Assembly (NCBI GenBank): GCA_963575745.1
Contig: CAUYUJ010000173.1
Location: 1 to 64,000 of the forward strand
DNA: 64,000 nucleotides
Origin: Prorocentrum cordatum
Lineage: Eukaryota
Reading direction: 5' to 3'
Each line of letters starts with the position of its first letter. Within the stretch, counting starts at the first letter, position 1. Shown one piece after another: positions 1 to 12,595 of the stretch. The position numbers were made by a program, and so were the translations under genes. The notes under the pieces are model-generated. The model made no database searches and was not told the origin of the DNA. It worked only from the letters and a program-made list of their open reading frames with translations.

Positions 1-140
<140 letters not shown>

Positions 141-487
141 TAATAGGAGTTGTAGTAATACAATACTAGGCGCAATGGAACATATGATTGATAATACGCT
201 ACTCAACATAAGAAAATAGCGTCTTCGATTCGTACTTTCCCTGGTGATGATGAAGTTCGGCCTCGCCGCCCGTCCCCCGACCAACTCTGAGGCCTCAGTG
301 GGGGGAGCAGGATGCGTTGTTATCGGGGGCATGCGGCTAGGCCCCCAGCCCCCAGGAGGCCCCCAAGAGTGCCCCGAGAGGCCACCAAGAAGCGCATTCC
401 CCCGCTCATCGTGCTCGTCCGTCCTTTTCCTGGCCTCCCCTCCATCCTCCTCCCCACGACGGCCCAGCGGAGCTCTGCGGGGCCCGC

Positions 488-537
488 CTAGGGCCTCGGC
501 GACCCCCTGCATCAGCTTGTAAAGCGGCGGGATGCTC
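488..537 (-). CDS. Channel gene exon E11: S4-S5 linker, SIPPLYKLMQGVAEAL
   Basis: CAG|G acceptor in phase 2 completes the Arg codon left by E10; typical S4-S5 linker; AG|GC donor at 488 (alternative 495). This frame is not in the ORF track. Confidence 0.85.
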
Positions 538-676
538 CTGCGGCGGCCGCGGCGGGGCGGCGCTGCCGCCGCTGCCTCCCGACGGCAAGAGCCGAGGCGC
601 TCGGCGTGGCCGACAGGCGGGCCGTGGCAGGCCCAGGGGGGGGCCGCATACATTCCCCACAGGGCCGCACAAGGGA

Positions 677-948
677 TCATCATCATCAGCAGCAGCAGCA
701 GCAATCGTCATCGTCGTCGTCATCGTCACAGATGCTGTCGTCATCGGTATCGTCATCGCCACCACCATCATCAGCATCATCATCATCATCATCAGCGACA
801 TCATCATAATCATGTTCATCAACTTGGGCATCGACGACAACGCCATGCTCGTCATCGCCCTCTGCAGCATCAACAGCATCGTCATGCTCGACGTCAACAT
901 CATCTTCATCATGAGGAGCATCATCATCATCATCATCATCATCATCAG

Positions 949-1030
<82 letters not shown>

Positions 1031-1356
1031 TTCATCACCATCACCATCACCAGAATCGTCATCATCGTCATCCTCATCGTCATCGACGTCGTCGTTACCA
1101 TCATCACCACCTCCACCACCATCATCATCATCACCATCACCAGAATCAATTATCATCAGCAGCAGGGGTCAATATCGCAAACACCATCATCGCCATCATC
1201 ATTGTCATCATCGTCGTCATGATTATCGTTATCAGCATCGCCGCTACTTCTTATCATCAGAATCACTCACCTCCTCACGCGCAGCCGCCCACTCCTCCTC
1301 CTCCTCCTCCTCCTCATCATCATCATCATCACCATCACCATCACCATCACCATCGC

Positions 1357-1410
<54 letters not shown>

Positions 1411-1500
1411 TCTCCTCATCCTGCTCCGCCTCCCCCTTCTCCTGCTCCACCTCCTTCTCCTCCTCCTCCTGCTCCTCCTCCTCCCTCCTCCCTCCTCGCT
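677..1500. repeat. Degenerate (CAT)n / (CCT)n microsatellite
   Basis: Direct. Confidence 0.95.
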
Positions 1501-1701
1501 CCCTCTCAAACTTATCATCCTCCTCACCACCATCTGCATCAACGGCAACACACAGCCAACGGCTGCTGCCACCGGCATACAGGGCCCGCAACCCTGGGCG
1601 GAGGAGCAGTCCGCTCCGACCGCTCCGCCGAAGAGGGCCCAGGCTCCTGAAGGCGGAGCAGCCGGCTCCGTCATTGGCCGCCGCCGGGTGTGCGTTTCTG
1701 G

Positions 1702-1863
1702 CTACCTACCAGACCACCCCAACCCAACCCGAAGACCCCAATTTCGGGTTGGGGGGGGGTACGGGTTCCATATGTGTTTTCTCGATGTTCCCCGACTGCC
1801 CCCCACTGGAAATGGAGGTAAATTTGAGGCCTTCGGGTTGGGTTGGGGTGGTTTGGTGGGTGG
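1702..1863. mobile_element. MITE with about 30-bp TIRs and an 11-bp TSD (Mutator-like); related copy at about 28695-28850
   Basis: CCACCCCAACCCAACCCGAAG and its reverse complement at the ends; flanks TGCGTTTCTGG / TGCGTTTCGGG. Confidence 0.75.
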
Positions 1864-2420
1864 TGCGTTTCGGGGCCATCATCGCCGATCACGCCCCCGG
1901 CATGAGAACGGTGCGCTTTGAAGCGGGCGGCGCAGCAGAGGGTCCTCAGGCGCGGGCAGCAGGTGGAAGGGCTGACTGCGATCGATGATTGCCCAAGGCA
2001 CAGTGTACAAGACGTCGCGCACTGCAAAGTGCAGACGCTGGGTGGTGTGCTAGAGGGACTGTGGTCCCGAACGCAGACACGAAGCGGCCAGAAAGCTGAG
2101 GAGGCGACTCGACTCGAGGCGAAACGAAGCGCAACGAGACCGGGGCACACGCACGGCATCGTGCCCGGGCGCTCTTCAGGCTCTCCACGCCAGCGCGGTA
2201 CGCTGCACGGCTCTCCGTCCCCAGTGGGCCGAGAGACGGTGCACCGCACAGTGCCCGGGTCGAGGATCGACGACGCCTGCACACACGTCGCACGCGGACC
2301 GGGACAAGCGTTGGGACTTGGAAAAAGGAAAAATAGACTTTGGGAGGTCTGCGCGGATCTCTTGGATCGGCGCTGGACCCCCTTCCGTGCCAGGGGCGGA
2401 ACCGTCGCTGTGGGAGGAGG

Positions 2421-2572
2421 AAGAGGTACCCATACCTCTACCCCCTGGCCCGTTTTTCCCCCTCTTTGGGCCTCCGGGGAAGCCCTGGTAGCCACCGCTG
2501 GATTCGCCTCCAAATCCTGGTCAGAACGCACCCCGGGAGAGGCCCCGGGGGGTAGCGGTATGGGCACCTCTT
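2421..2572. mobile_element. MITE-like element
   Basis: TIRs AAGAGGTACCCATACCTCTACCCCC / GGGGGTAGCGGTATGGGCACCTCTT. Confidence 0.6.
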
Positions 2573-3559
2573 GGTTTCCCCACACCGGCCTCGAGCCCAG
2601 CAGCATGGGAAGCTCGGGGCGACCCCGAAGAGAGCCCCCGACACGACGCCACGGCCACGGGAAGCGTGCCTGGCAGGCTGCTTCGTCGGTCACAGTCACA
2701 GCGCGCAAGTCCACTCTGTCTCTCTTCTTGAAGGGGCCCCAGGACACACAAATAAATACACACAAATAAAACTATTCCCTATATTTTCTTATATTTTTGA
2801 GGTTTTTGTCTTCCCCCCCACTGCCCATATTTTCGCATATTTTCCTGAGAATCAGCGATTAATTGTGTCTGTGTTTTTTCCCCTCCTGACTTCTGCCTGA
2901 ATCTCTGCAGCAGCTGCGGCCAGGTTGCAGTACGGCAGCGCACGGTGCGCGGACGCCGGGCAGCCGCGGGGAGCTTTCCGTGGGCGGAATCGTCGGCAGC
3001 GTCGGATGGGAACCGGAACCGGCAACCCCAGACCGAAACAAAATGCAGTTCCCAGATCGGCAGGTGGAAAGGGACCCCGATCGGAGCCCGAGTCGGGAAG
3101 GGGGGCATCGCCGATCGGATCGGATCGGATCGCAGCTGGGCCTGCACCCCCTCTCCTCCTGCTCCTTATGAGAAAATTTGCCATTGATAAAATACCGATC
3201 CCATTTTTGTTTGTAACAGTGATTGCGTGAATAATTAATATTAGTATCTGTGGACTACACTCCTCCTCCCTCCTCCCTCCTCCCCGACCGGCCGGGCGGC
3301 CACTCGCTCTCGGGGCTCTCGAGCCGTTGCCTCATCTCGCCTCCTCGCCACTCCTGCCGCTCCCCCTCCCCTCCCACCCCCTCCTCCCCTCCTCCTGCCT
3401 CCCCCCCTCCTCCTCCCTCCCTCCCCCCCCTCACCTCCTCACCCTCCCCCCCCCCTCCCCCCCTCCCCCCCCCTCCCCTCCCTCCCCCTCCCCCCCCCCC
3501 TCCCTCCCCCTCCCCCTCCCCCCCCACCCTTCCTCCCCACCTCCTGCCTCCCCCATCCG

Positions 3560-5620
3560 CAGGCAGACGATCGAGTGCCTCGCCCTCGCGTGCGAGGAGC
3601 TCGGCAGAAGGCGGCTGCGTGTCGCCGCCGGGTCTGTGACGACTTGCGTCAGACACACGGGGGCGGATGCGGAATGGATTGTCAGAGCAGCTCGCAAGCA
3701 CAGCTTGTCTCTGCAGGCGGTCTCGCAGACCGCATGTTTGAGGGTGGCCTTCGGATATGCACGGCGCACGCACGGGCATCTCGGTCAAAGCATGAGGACA
3801 GACATCTCCAGGGGAACAAGAAGATCGGACGGTTCACACCTGTTTGTCGCCAGCCTGCCGTCATGACCAGGCTGCAGACGCCTCTATGGGCATCAATAGA
3901 AGAAAAACGGCATACGTAAACAGAAACTTTCGACGGTCCGCGCGGGTTTCTTGGATCTGAGCTGGGCCCACGTCCCTGGCGCGCGGAGCGCGCCAGGGGC
4001 GGCGACGGAGGTGCCGCCAGGGGGTCCTAGCGCCGATCCACGAAATCCGCACGGACCGCCAAAAGTTTATCTTGATGTGGTTTTCGCATCAAGTGCATGG
4101 AATTCTCGGGCATCAGCCGACGGCGTGCAGACGGAGATGGGCACAAGCGTGCAGACGGAGATGGGCACAAGCGTGCTTCTCGGCTCGCATGGGCAGGTGC
4201 CTGATGACTGCCCTCGACGTGAAGAAGGCGCCCAGCGCTGATCCCGCCATTGCCATATGCCCATCAAGGGCGTCGAGATGTGGCTCGAGGTCTGGCGGGA
4301 TCGGGCCGAAATCAGGACGGCAGACAAGAAGGTATGGTCGATTGTTATTCAAAAGATGTCAGATAACCTGCGGAAGGATCAGGCACGCAATGTGAGGGGA
4401 CCCAAGTAAGCAGTTGTGCTCAGCGTGCTGCGTCTGGATCAGCACCTGCAGAAACGACTTTGTCATCTTATCTCACGGGTGAGAATACATGCGAGGAGTG
4501 GCAGTTCCCCGACAGCGCGTACACAGGATGCAAAGTCCAAGGGCAAGCATCGGGAAGTCCCGAGGGTTATCCAGGCGTAAGCGCCGGAGCGTGTTTGGGA
4601 GCAGGCTAGCAAGCACGTTTGTGGATCAGACCTTGAGCGTGGGGCCGACAACGAATCGCAAAGGATGCTCAGTCGTCAGCTCGAGCAACTGGATCACGGC
4701 AAGAGGCTGGCGGAGACGATAGTCATGATCGCGTCCGCTGGCTGCTGACCGAAAACGAGGAAGCTTGAGTTCATCAAGTCATATTCAGGATCAGACGAGT
4801 GCGATGGTGCAAGGAAACACCAGAGACCTTGATGCATCGATACTGGAAGTGCTCGGTCAACAGCATTGCATCAGCTTATGAGCAGTGAAATGATACAGTC
4901 AGTCAGGCGATCACTCAAGTTAATTTGAGCGAGAGGTTTCTTAGTTGCGTGGCATTATTTCTAAAGAGAAGCCTCGCATCCCAGAGCCTGAGATGGTCGA
5001 CAGTTGGCATGTCTCTAGCATCAACGAATCGTTCGGCGGATGCCTGGGACGGGGAGGACCGTCGGGGCCAATCATTGCGGGAGATGCGTCATGAGTGCCC
5101 GATTCTAGCTCGCCACGCCACCGAGATTCTAAGTGTCGACGCGTTGGTCTGAGCATCGTGAGTTCCAAACAGATAAAGCCGAGCATTCAAGCAGATATTC
5201 GATTTGGGATCCATTGACAGGGCGCAGGCACGTTGTTGCCAGGGGTGAACTGAAAATCTTCCCAATGTTTGCTGAGCACCACCGGGTCTGTTGTGTACGT
5301 CACGGATTTTGAACTGGTGGTCAATTCCCGGTACAATCGTCAGTACGATGATCCTAAGGGTGATGACGGCGACATATGGGTGGAAGTGATGGAGTGCCTG
5401 CGCAATCGGGACCCCGCCCAGATCACGGTGCTGTTCACCCACAGTCATCAAAGCGAACATGGTGTCATTGCGGGCGGGGCCACTGGAAGTTGGGTTCTGG
5501 CGAGTACGCTGTTGCGGCCAGAGCAGCGAGAGTCAACAAGCATAATCGACACAGGGCTCATGTGCATAAGGGAAGGGCTCGCATCGTCCATTTGCGAATG
5601 CTGCGGGCCAGTGGGCAAAA
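3560..5620 (+). mobile_element. Decayed non-LTR retrotransposon (LINE): RT C-terminal part and RNase H domain
   Basis: Frameshifted RNase H motifs in the expected order at about 5095-5520: PDSS...DSKCRRVG, VVARGEL, VVYVTD, GDIW, THSH. RT-end-like peptide at about 3560-3800. Interrupted by a MITE at 3924-4068. Confidence 0.65.
3924..4068. mobile_element. Palindromic hairpin MITE family (other copies 7263-7393, 27710-27831, 56030-56153; half copy about 2343-2400)
   Basis: Shared TCCGCGCGGAT...GCGCTGGACCCC...CAGCGC...CCGCGCGGA, self-complementary over most of its length. Confidence 0.75.
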
Positions 5621-6214
5621 TGAATCTTGGAGGCGGAACTTGGCGCCGTGGGGGAGAACCTCCCCCCCCTCCTCCTGCTCCTCCACCTCCTCCTCCTCCT
5701 TCACCTCCTCCTCCTCCTCCTGCTCCTCCTGCTCCTCCTGCTCCTCCCCTCCTCTCCCTCCTCCTCCTCGCCTCCTCCTCCTCCCCATCACTCCTCCTCC
5801 TCCTCCTGCGCTACCTCCTCCCCTCCTCCCCTCCTCCTTCTCCTCTCCGGCCCCGCCTACACGCCCTCCCGCCTCCGCCTCCGTATTTGTTTTGTTTATT
5901 GAAGTATTTATTTTTATTATTTTTTTTTTTGTTTTTTTTCTTTTTTTTCTTTTTTCCCCCCTCGTCGAAAATATGTTTAAAAAAAATAATATATATAAAA
6001 AAAAAACCCCCTGGTAGGGGGGGGGCACTGAATAAGGAGACTAAAGGGAACATCAATATGTCGCCCCGACTTACCTCAGTTGCCCATCTCGAGTGTCCAA
6101 GGTCGCCCCGCCTGGGCGGCCTCCTGGCCTGCCCCGGGGAGGGCCAGCATCCGGGGCAGCGTTCGGGGGGGGCAGGCTCAGGGAGGGACCCCACAAGCTC
6201 TGGGCGCTGCACCT

Positions 6215-6347
6215 CAGGGGTGGACCTAAACGGTGTTTTGGCGATTTCGTGGGCCGTTTTTGTTTCGACTTCGTTTTGCGGCAAAGGCGGATTGAAGACG
6301 AAACGAGAGAAAACGGAAATGAAAAACACCGTTTGGGTTTAGCCTTG
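6215..6347. mobile_element. hAT-like MITE with a perfect 8-bp TSD
   Basis: CAGGGGTGGACCTAAACGGTG...CACCGTTTGGGTTTAGCCTTG flanked by CTGCACCT on both sides. Confidence 0.85.
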
Positions 6348-6710
6348 CTGCACCTTTTTCACATCGGGCCATCAGGTCGGTCTGGCTCGGAAAACGCCGC
6401 AGCAAGCTTTAGTCTAGGGCTCCGGCCATGATTTGGCGCGCTGGGCTTGAAGTTCTCAGCGGTTGTCGGCTGTCTTCGTCGACTCTCCGCGGTTTCCCAG
6501 CCTCGGGGTGCCTCGAGCGGCTGCGCCTCGCCGAGGGCGTTCTGGGGGCGCCCGGATCGACCCGAACGGCCGCTGGAGACTGGCGCGAGGGCCCGGAAGC
6601 CACCCGTGGGACAGGCGGGGGGCGCCTGGGCCCCCCGAGCGCCCCCTTACGTCATCGCGGATGGGGGCCAGGTAGCCCACGTCGGGGGCCCGTCGCCGAT
6701 CTTAGGCTGA

Positions 6711-6876
6711 AGTCGAGCCTGTCCCTCTACAGGGTGAATGCTCAAAAATAGTCAGGGAAATAGTTTGGGGACGATTTCCCTACCATTTTTGATGATTGTT
6801 GGCTTCAGCTTTGAGCAGGTTGGGTGTATGCTTCATTTTTCGTCCAAAATCCGCCTGTAGGGGGACACGCCCGACC
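6711..6876. mobile_element. TA-flanked MITE family (other copies 8148-8301, 23855-24021, 30757-30902, 54400-54612; partial copies about 10218-10300, 23160-23290, 5880-6070)
   Basis: TIR GTCGGGCGTGTCCCYCTACAGG / CCTGTAGRGGGACACGCCCGAC, AT-rich core, right ends followed by TA. Confidence 0.8.
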
Positions 6877-7805
6877 TAATCTTAGGGGAACGAAGGGTGA
6901 CGCACTTCCCAAAAAAGGCAGGGGGCGGCGGTGTCTCGCCGTAGGCGTCTTCGATCCGCCGCCCCCCTGCTGGCTTGCAAAAGGGGCGCACGGCGTGCCA
7001 GACTTGTGGGAAGTTATTGGTCCTCTCAAAAGTTCCCTCCCCCTCCTCCTCCTCCTCCTCCTCCTCCTCCTCCTCCTCCTCCACCTCCTCCTTCTCCTCT
7101 TCCCCAATGGGCCTTTGGCCCAACCCGCCAGCGCTGGAAAGAAGTCGAAAGCACCCGAAAACGATCGGGCTGAGATGGCCTTCGAGACGGCCAAGCTGTC
7201 CCCAAGAGGGCCCAAGATGGCCGCAGGGTGTCCTCAAGACGGCCCCAAGGTGAACATAAAGATTCGGAGGCGCGCTGATTTAGCGGATCCGCGCTGGGGC
7301 CCCTTGGCGGCGCCTCCGGCGCCGCCCCTGGCGCGCCCCGCGCGCCATGGAGGGGGTCCAGCGCGGATCCCAGAACTCCGCGCGGACCTCCGAGGCTGAT
7401 GTGCTCACGCCATTTTTCGCCCCCCCAGATCTGTCGGCGACGTGTCGCCGATTGCAGGCCGATGTTCCCCCCCCCACGCGAGGCCCCCCCCCCGCCCGAA
7501 CGCCGCCCCTCACAGCAGCTGGACCCGGCGGCGGCGCCCTGGCACCAGCACCACCGAGCGTTCGCCGACCCCGTCCCCGTGCATGCGGGTCGCCTGAAGC
7601 AGACGAAAGGGGCGGCCTGTGCGGGCTCTCTCGGAGGGCCGCGCGGATGCCTCGGATCCCGCCCCCGGCGCGGGGACTCTGGAATTGCACGCGTGTCGAA
7701 GCGTCTGTGGCTGTCACGCAGAGGCGGCGCTGCAACCCGCAGAGTGTTCATCAAAGTCCTCTGCACGGGCACCAAGGGAACAAGTGACCTCCACCTCCAT
7801 CTTGG

Positions 7806-7926
7806 CATCGCTCGGACGTGTGCGTTTTTCCTTCGGCGAGGACCATCGAGGAGCATCCTTGATCATTTGGCGAAGAAACCACGCACGAGACCGAAAAAAG
7901 CACAGGGAATGGACGTCCGAGCGATG
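7806..7926. mobile_element. MITE with 14-bp TIRs; near-identical copy at 9054-9175
   Basis: CATCGCTCGGACGT...ACGTCCGAGCGATG in both copies. Confidence 0.8.
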
Positions 7927-8570
7927 GCCAGTCCATGGAACCCGCCGCGGGGAGCCACGGAGGAGGCCCAGCGCCGATCCGAGGGCTCCGCTCGGGACTC
8001 CGAGAGCCCGTGCTCCTGCCGTGCACCTCCTCTTCCCCGAGATCCGGCGCCGCGGAGAGAGCCGCAGCGTCGTGGCACATCACGGCCAGTGCCCCGGAAG
8101 CCCCACCTGTCCGCGCCATTTTCCCAGCCGGGTCGGTCTGCATTGCAAGGCGGGCGTGTCCCTCTACAGGGGGGACATCCCACGAAAGAGTCGAACAATA
8201 GTCTTGGGACGCTGTTCCTACCATTTTTGGCTATTTTGTGTATTGTTTGTCTGCTTTTCAGTTTTCGTCCAAACTCCCCCTGTAGGAGGTCGTGCCCGGC
8301 CTAACGGAAGCCCCACCTTTCGAGTAGGGGATCGACTGCACAATTGATTTATCCTACACTTAATCGTCCCGTCGAATCTACGGAGGCATATTCAGAGTCT
8401 TCAGTAGATGCACGAGCATTCTACGTATTCGTCGTAGTTTCGATGGGAATATCAATTTGGGGGTGATTCGATCCTGCAGTCGGCCCTCTGCTCGAACCTC
8501 TCCGCGCCGTGTTCCCGGCCGGGTCGGCCTGCGTGCGAGGGGCACCCGGGGGCCCGAAGCAGGCCAGCCA

Positions 8571-8858
8571 CAACTGGGGGAGCGGTGGTCCTTACCCCCC
8601 CGGGGGACCCATCGATTTCGACACCCCTCTCGAGAGATCGCCGATGCGATGCGTTCCCCCAGGGGGGTAAGGACCACAGCTCCCCCAGTTATCAAGGGCT
8701 CCCTCGAGGGCGCGAAGTTATTCGCGCTTCGCGGTCCTCGTTCCTTCTCCTCCTCCTCCTCGTCCTCCTCTTCTCCCCCTTGGGGGGCGGCGCGAGAGCG
8801 CGAAGTTATTCGCGCTTCGCGCTTCGCGCAGCGCGAAGCGCGAACTTAGGAGCCCTTG
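8571..8858. mobile_element. Two abutting MITEs (about 8571-8690 and 8693-8858)
   Basis: First has about 35-bp TIRs (AACTGGGGGAGC.GTGGTCCTTACCCCCC); second has CAAGGGCTCC/GGAGCCCTTG flanked by GTTAT. Confidence 0.65.
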
Positions 8859-10304
8859 GTTATGGCTGGTCGGCGAGGCCGGGCGGAGGCACGCGCCGCG
8901 AGGAGAGACTGCAGCGCCCGGATCTCGGGGGTCTCTCCCAGGCTGGCCCACGGAGCCCTCGGCGCCCTCGTTGCCGTCGCAGCAGCGGGACGGGCCCCCG
9001 CCCCCTCGGCGATCGGCGCGTTCTCCATGCCCGCGGGGAGGTCTCCAACGGAGCATCGCTCGGACGTGTGCGTTTTTTCCTCCGGCGAGGACCGTCGAGG
9101 AGCATCCTGGATCATTTGGCGAAGAAACCACGCACGAGACCGAAAAAAGCACAGGGAATGGACGTCCGAGCGATGGCGAGCCAAGCCTGGACGCCGAGGA
9201 GTGTCCAGATCGTGGGGTGCCCGCGTTGTTTGTGGTCGCGACGGGTCGCGGCCGATTTTAAGGCCAATCGGTCGCGAGCGATGCCGGAGGTGGAGGCAAA
9301 ATCGGTAGCGACCGATCTCGTCGGTCGCGATTGGAAAATTCCAGCATAGAAGGATCAGGGGAGGGCATGTGTCAAAAACACTGCTTCCAGGGGCCGATTG
9401 TTGTCTTTGTTCCAATTCTGGCCCCCCGTGGGGTTGTGGAGCGGGAAAACAAGAGGAAGGATGATGACATCAGGGGACGGCATGTGTCAACGACATAGCT
9501 TCAGGGGCAGATTTGATGTCAGTGTCCCCAATCTGGCCCCCCGGGCGTTTGTGGAGTGGGTGAGGAAGAGGAGTGATGATGAGGAGGAGGGGACCTAGAC
9601 CAAGACCTGTTCGCGGACCCTCTGCAATCTCTGCAATGCCACGCGTTTCTGCACCACATAGCTGAACTCCAAGTGGGAGCACCTGCCCAAAAACTTGCTT
9701 CCGGCTGAACTCCAACGAAATTGCGCAGCGACTGTCGCCCACTGCACAGGACAGCACCAGCCGATCGGGACCCTTGGAGGCACGCAGCCCCGATCAGGGC
9801 CCGATACAGAAGCACGAGAGAAGCTCATCCCACCTCCCCACGACAGCTCCCCCGACAACCAGACCTCCCGCCCCGTCCGCTTCCTCGGCCATGATGTGGA
9901 GGAGGAGGCGGAGGAGGAAGAGGCGGAGGAGGAGGGGGAGGCGGAGGAGGAAGAGGAGGAGGAGGAGGAGGAGGAGGAGGTGGAACCAGGGCCGTGGATA
10001 AGACGTCGATCGCCCGCCTCTGGGCGACGCGGCGCGGCAGCGGCGGGCCTCCAACGACTCGCTGCAGTCGGGCGCCCGCGGCGGCGACAGAGCGGCCGCC
10101 CTGGCGCTGCTGCCGGCGCTCGGGCCGGGCAGTGCGCCGGCGGCGGCCTCCACGCAGGCCCCGAGCGCGGGCTTCACGCAGTGGCTCGGCTCGCAGAGGA
10201 GGAAAATGTTGGCGTTCAGTCGGGCCTGTCCCTCTAGAGGAGGTATCTTCAAAAATAGTCAAAAAATAGTCTGGGGACTGTTTTCAGATTTGTTTTGACT
10301 ATTT

Positions 10305-10957
10305 CCCAACCATCGTGTGGTGTTGGGTCCTCGTTTTGAAGAGACAGCGCCCCGCGTCCCACCTCCTCTCCTCCTCCTCCCCCTCCTCGCCCTCCTCCCT
10401 CACCTCTCAGCTCTCGCCCCCCCCCTCCTCGCCCTCCTCACTCCCTCCCTCCTCCCCCCCTTAGCCTCTGTCTCACCGGCAACAGTATAAGCGAAAGGCC
10501 CCTCACCAACGTTTCGTAGCCCATAGGGAAGCTCCCACCCGAAGGTCCCAGTGGCACAGCCCGCATGCGGTTTCCTCACCTTCCCAGGGCAGCGTTCGTA
10601 GCCCCATAGGGAGCTCCAACCGAAGGTCCTCAAGTGGCACAGCCCGCATGCGGTTCCTCCCCTACCCAGGGCAGCGTTTCGTAGCCCCATAGGGAGCTCC
10701 ACCGAAGGTCCCAATGGCACAGCCCGCATGTGGTTCCCCCACCCAGGGCAGCGTTTCGTAGCCCCATAGGGAGCTCCACCGAAGGTCCCAGTGGCACAGC
10801 CCGCATGCGGTTCCCCCACCCAGGGCAGCGTTTCGTGGCCCCATAGGGAGCTCCACCGAAGGTCACAGTGGCACAGCCCGCATGCGGTTCCCCCACCCAG
10901 GGCAGCGTTTCGTAGCCCCATAGGGAGCTCCACCGAAGGTCCCAGTGGCACAGCCCG
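10305..10957. repeat. Same family: terminal module and 77-83-bp tandem repeats running into the gap
   Basis: CCATAGGGAGCTCCACCGAAGG recurs at 10521, 10604, 10687, 10764, 10841, 10918. Confidence 0.9.
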
Positions 10958-11057
10958 NNNNNNNNNNNNNNNNNNNNNNNNNNNNNNNNNNNNNNNNNNN
11001 NNNNNNNNNNNNNNNNNNNNNNNNNNNNNNNNNNNNNNNNNNNNNNNNNNNNNNNNN
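10958..11057. other. Assembly gap (100 N, true size unknown)
   Basis: N run adjacent to a tandem array. Confidence 1.
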
Positions 11058-11748
11058 GGACGAGCAGGACGTGCAGAAGGTTGTGGCTGCGGTGCCCGCC
11101 CGCGGACGCCTCGCTGGCGCCCGCGGACGCCACGTGCACGGGGCGGGTCCGCCGAGGCATCGCCCGGTGTCCGCCCGGGGGGCGTCGCGTGGGCGCTCGT
11201 GGGCCCCCCGCGCCCCGGGCGGGAAGCATGGCTTGCTCAGCACAGCTCGCACCGCACGGCTGACACCGCAGTGCTTACACAGCACAGCTCACACCACGTA
11301 GGTCAGGCCGCACCACATAGCTTGCGCCACATAGCTCAGATCACACAAGTCACACGACACAGCTTACATCACATAGGTCACACCATCTACCCTGCGCAAC
11401 ATAGCTAACACCACAGATATTACTCCACATAACTCACACTTCATACCTGACACCACCTAGTTTACTCCGCGTAGAGATCGCTTCCACAATGCAACAACCT
11501 TCCGCTCGGAGTCCACTCTGGCAAACATTATGAAATCCTGAGTACAAACGTGGTCTTTCCAAGGGAAGCCGAATCGAATCCTGCTCCCGACTCCTTCATC
11601 CCTCCCTCATCCATCTTCGTCTTCCAACATCCTCCTCCTCCTCCTCCTCCTCCTCCTCCTCCTCCTCCTCCTCCTCCTCCTCCTCCTCCTCGCCATCTTA
11701 TTTGGGAGGGACCCCGGGGCGTGCGAGGAATTCAAACGCCGCGCAGTC

Positions 11749-11822
11749 CTGCAGAGACGCGCCAGCCGCAGGATCCTCAGGAGCCTCAGCATCTTCAGCA
11801 TGCCCATTGCCGAAGTACTCTC
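11749..11822 (-). CDS. Channel gene exon E10: VSD2 S4, ESTSAMGMLKMLRLLRILRLARLCR
   Basis: 74 nt; CAG|G acceptor, CAG|GA donor; six basic residues at every third position. Confidence 0.92.
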
Positions 11823-12259
11823 CTGCGGGAGGGCAAGAGATGCTCGGAGATAACTCGGAACTGCATCGTCGTCGCTAGACCTGTCCCCATCCCCAGTGGG
11901 CCAGGGTTCCCTCGCGCCGCCGGCCTGGGCCCTGGAGGCGGGGATGGATGCCAGGAAGCCCGACCGAGAGGGCATCTGCATCAATCCTCGCCTCGAGGGG
12001 CAGGCCCGCCACTGGGGCCAAGGCGTTCGCAGTGGGGACGGGGACACGTCTAACGATGGTGTTGCTGGGTGCTCGTTCCCCATTCCCGCCCCCCTTCTCC
12101 TCCTCCTCCTCCTCCTCCTCCTCCTCCTCCTCCTCCTCCTCATCCTCCTCCTCCTCCTCCTCCTCCTCCTCCTCCTCCTCCTCCTCCTCGTTCTCCTCGT
12201 CCTCCTCCTCCTACTCATCTTCCCTTTGATCCCTTCCCCACCCGGAGGCGGGGGGGACA

Positions 12260-12595
12260 GCGCAATCGCAGCCGTAGTTAAATCGAAGGGAAGCCCCTCC
12301 CCGTTGATCCCGTTCCCCCCCCCCCAGGTAATTAAGAGACCAAGGTCCCAGGGAGGTCCCGCGGGGGTCCCGGGGGAGTCCTGGAGAAAATCCCTCCGGG
12401 TCAGAGTACACCCCCCCTCTTCTGGTCGCAATCGCAGTCGTTAGATCGAAGGGAAACCCCTCCCCTTTGATCATTCCCCCCCCCCAGCGGGGTGGGCCAG
12501 GGTCCTGGGGAGGTCCCGCGGGGGGCCCGGGGCTGTCCCAGGGGGGTCCCCACAGGTCAGATGACACCCCTCTTCTGGTCACTATCGCAGTCGCA
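12260..12595. repeat. Two tandem copies of a unit of about 167 bp
   Basis: CGCAATCGCAG.CGT...ATCGAAGGGAA.CCCCTCCCC repeated. Confidence 0.75.

Noticed and set aside
10500..10957. CRISPR-like array (also 39409-39870 and 37130-37720)
   Set aside because: Whole units are repeated with no unique spacers; eukaryotic context; no cas genes
11058..11086. SHNLLHVLLV next to the gap as the exon after S4
   Set aside because: The phase fits, but 537-488 (SIPPLYKLMQGVAEAL) is a much better S4-S5 linker with an AG|G acceptor
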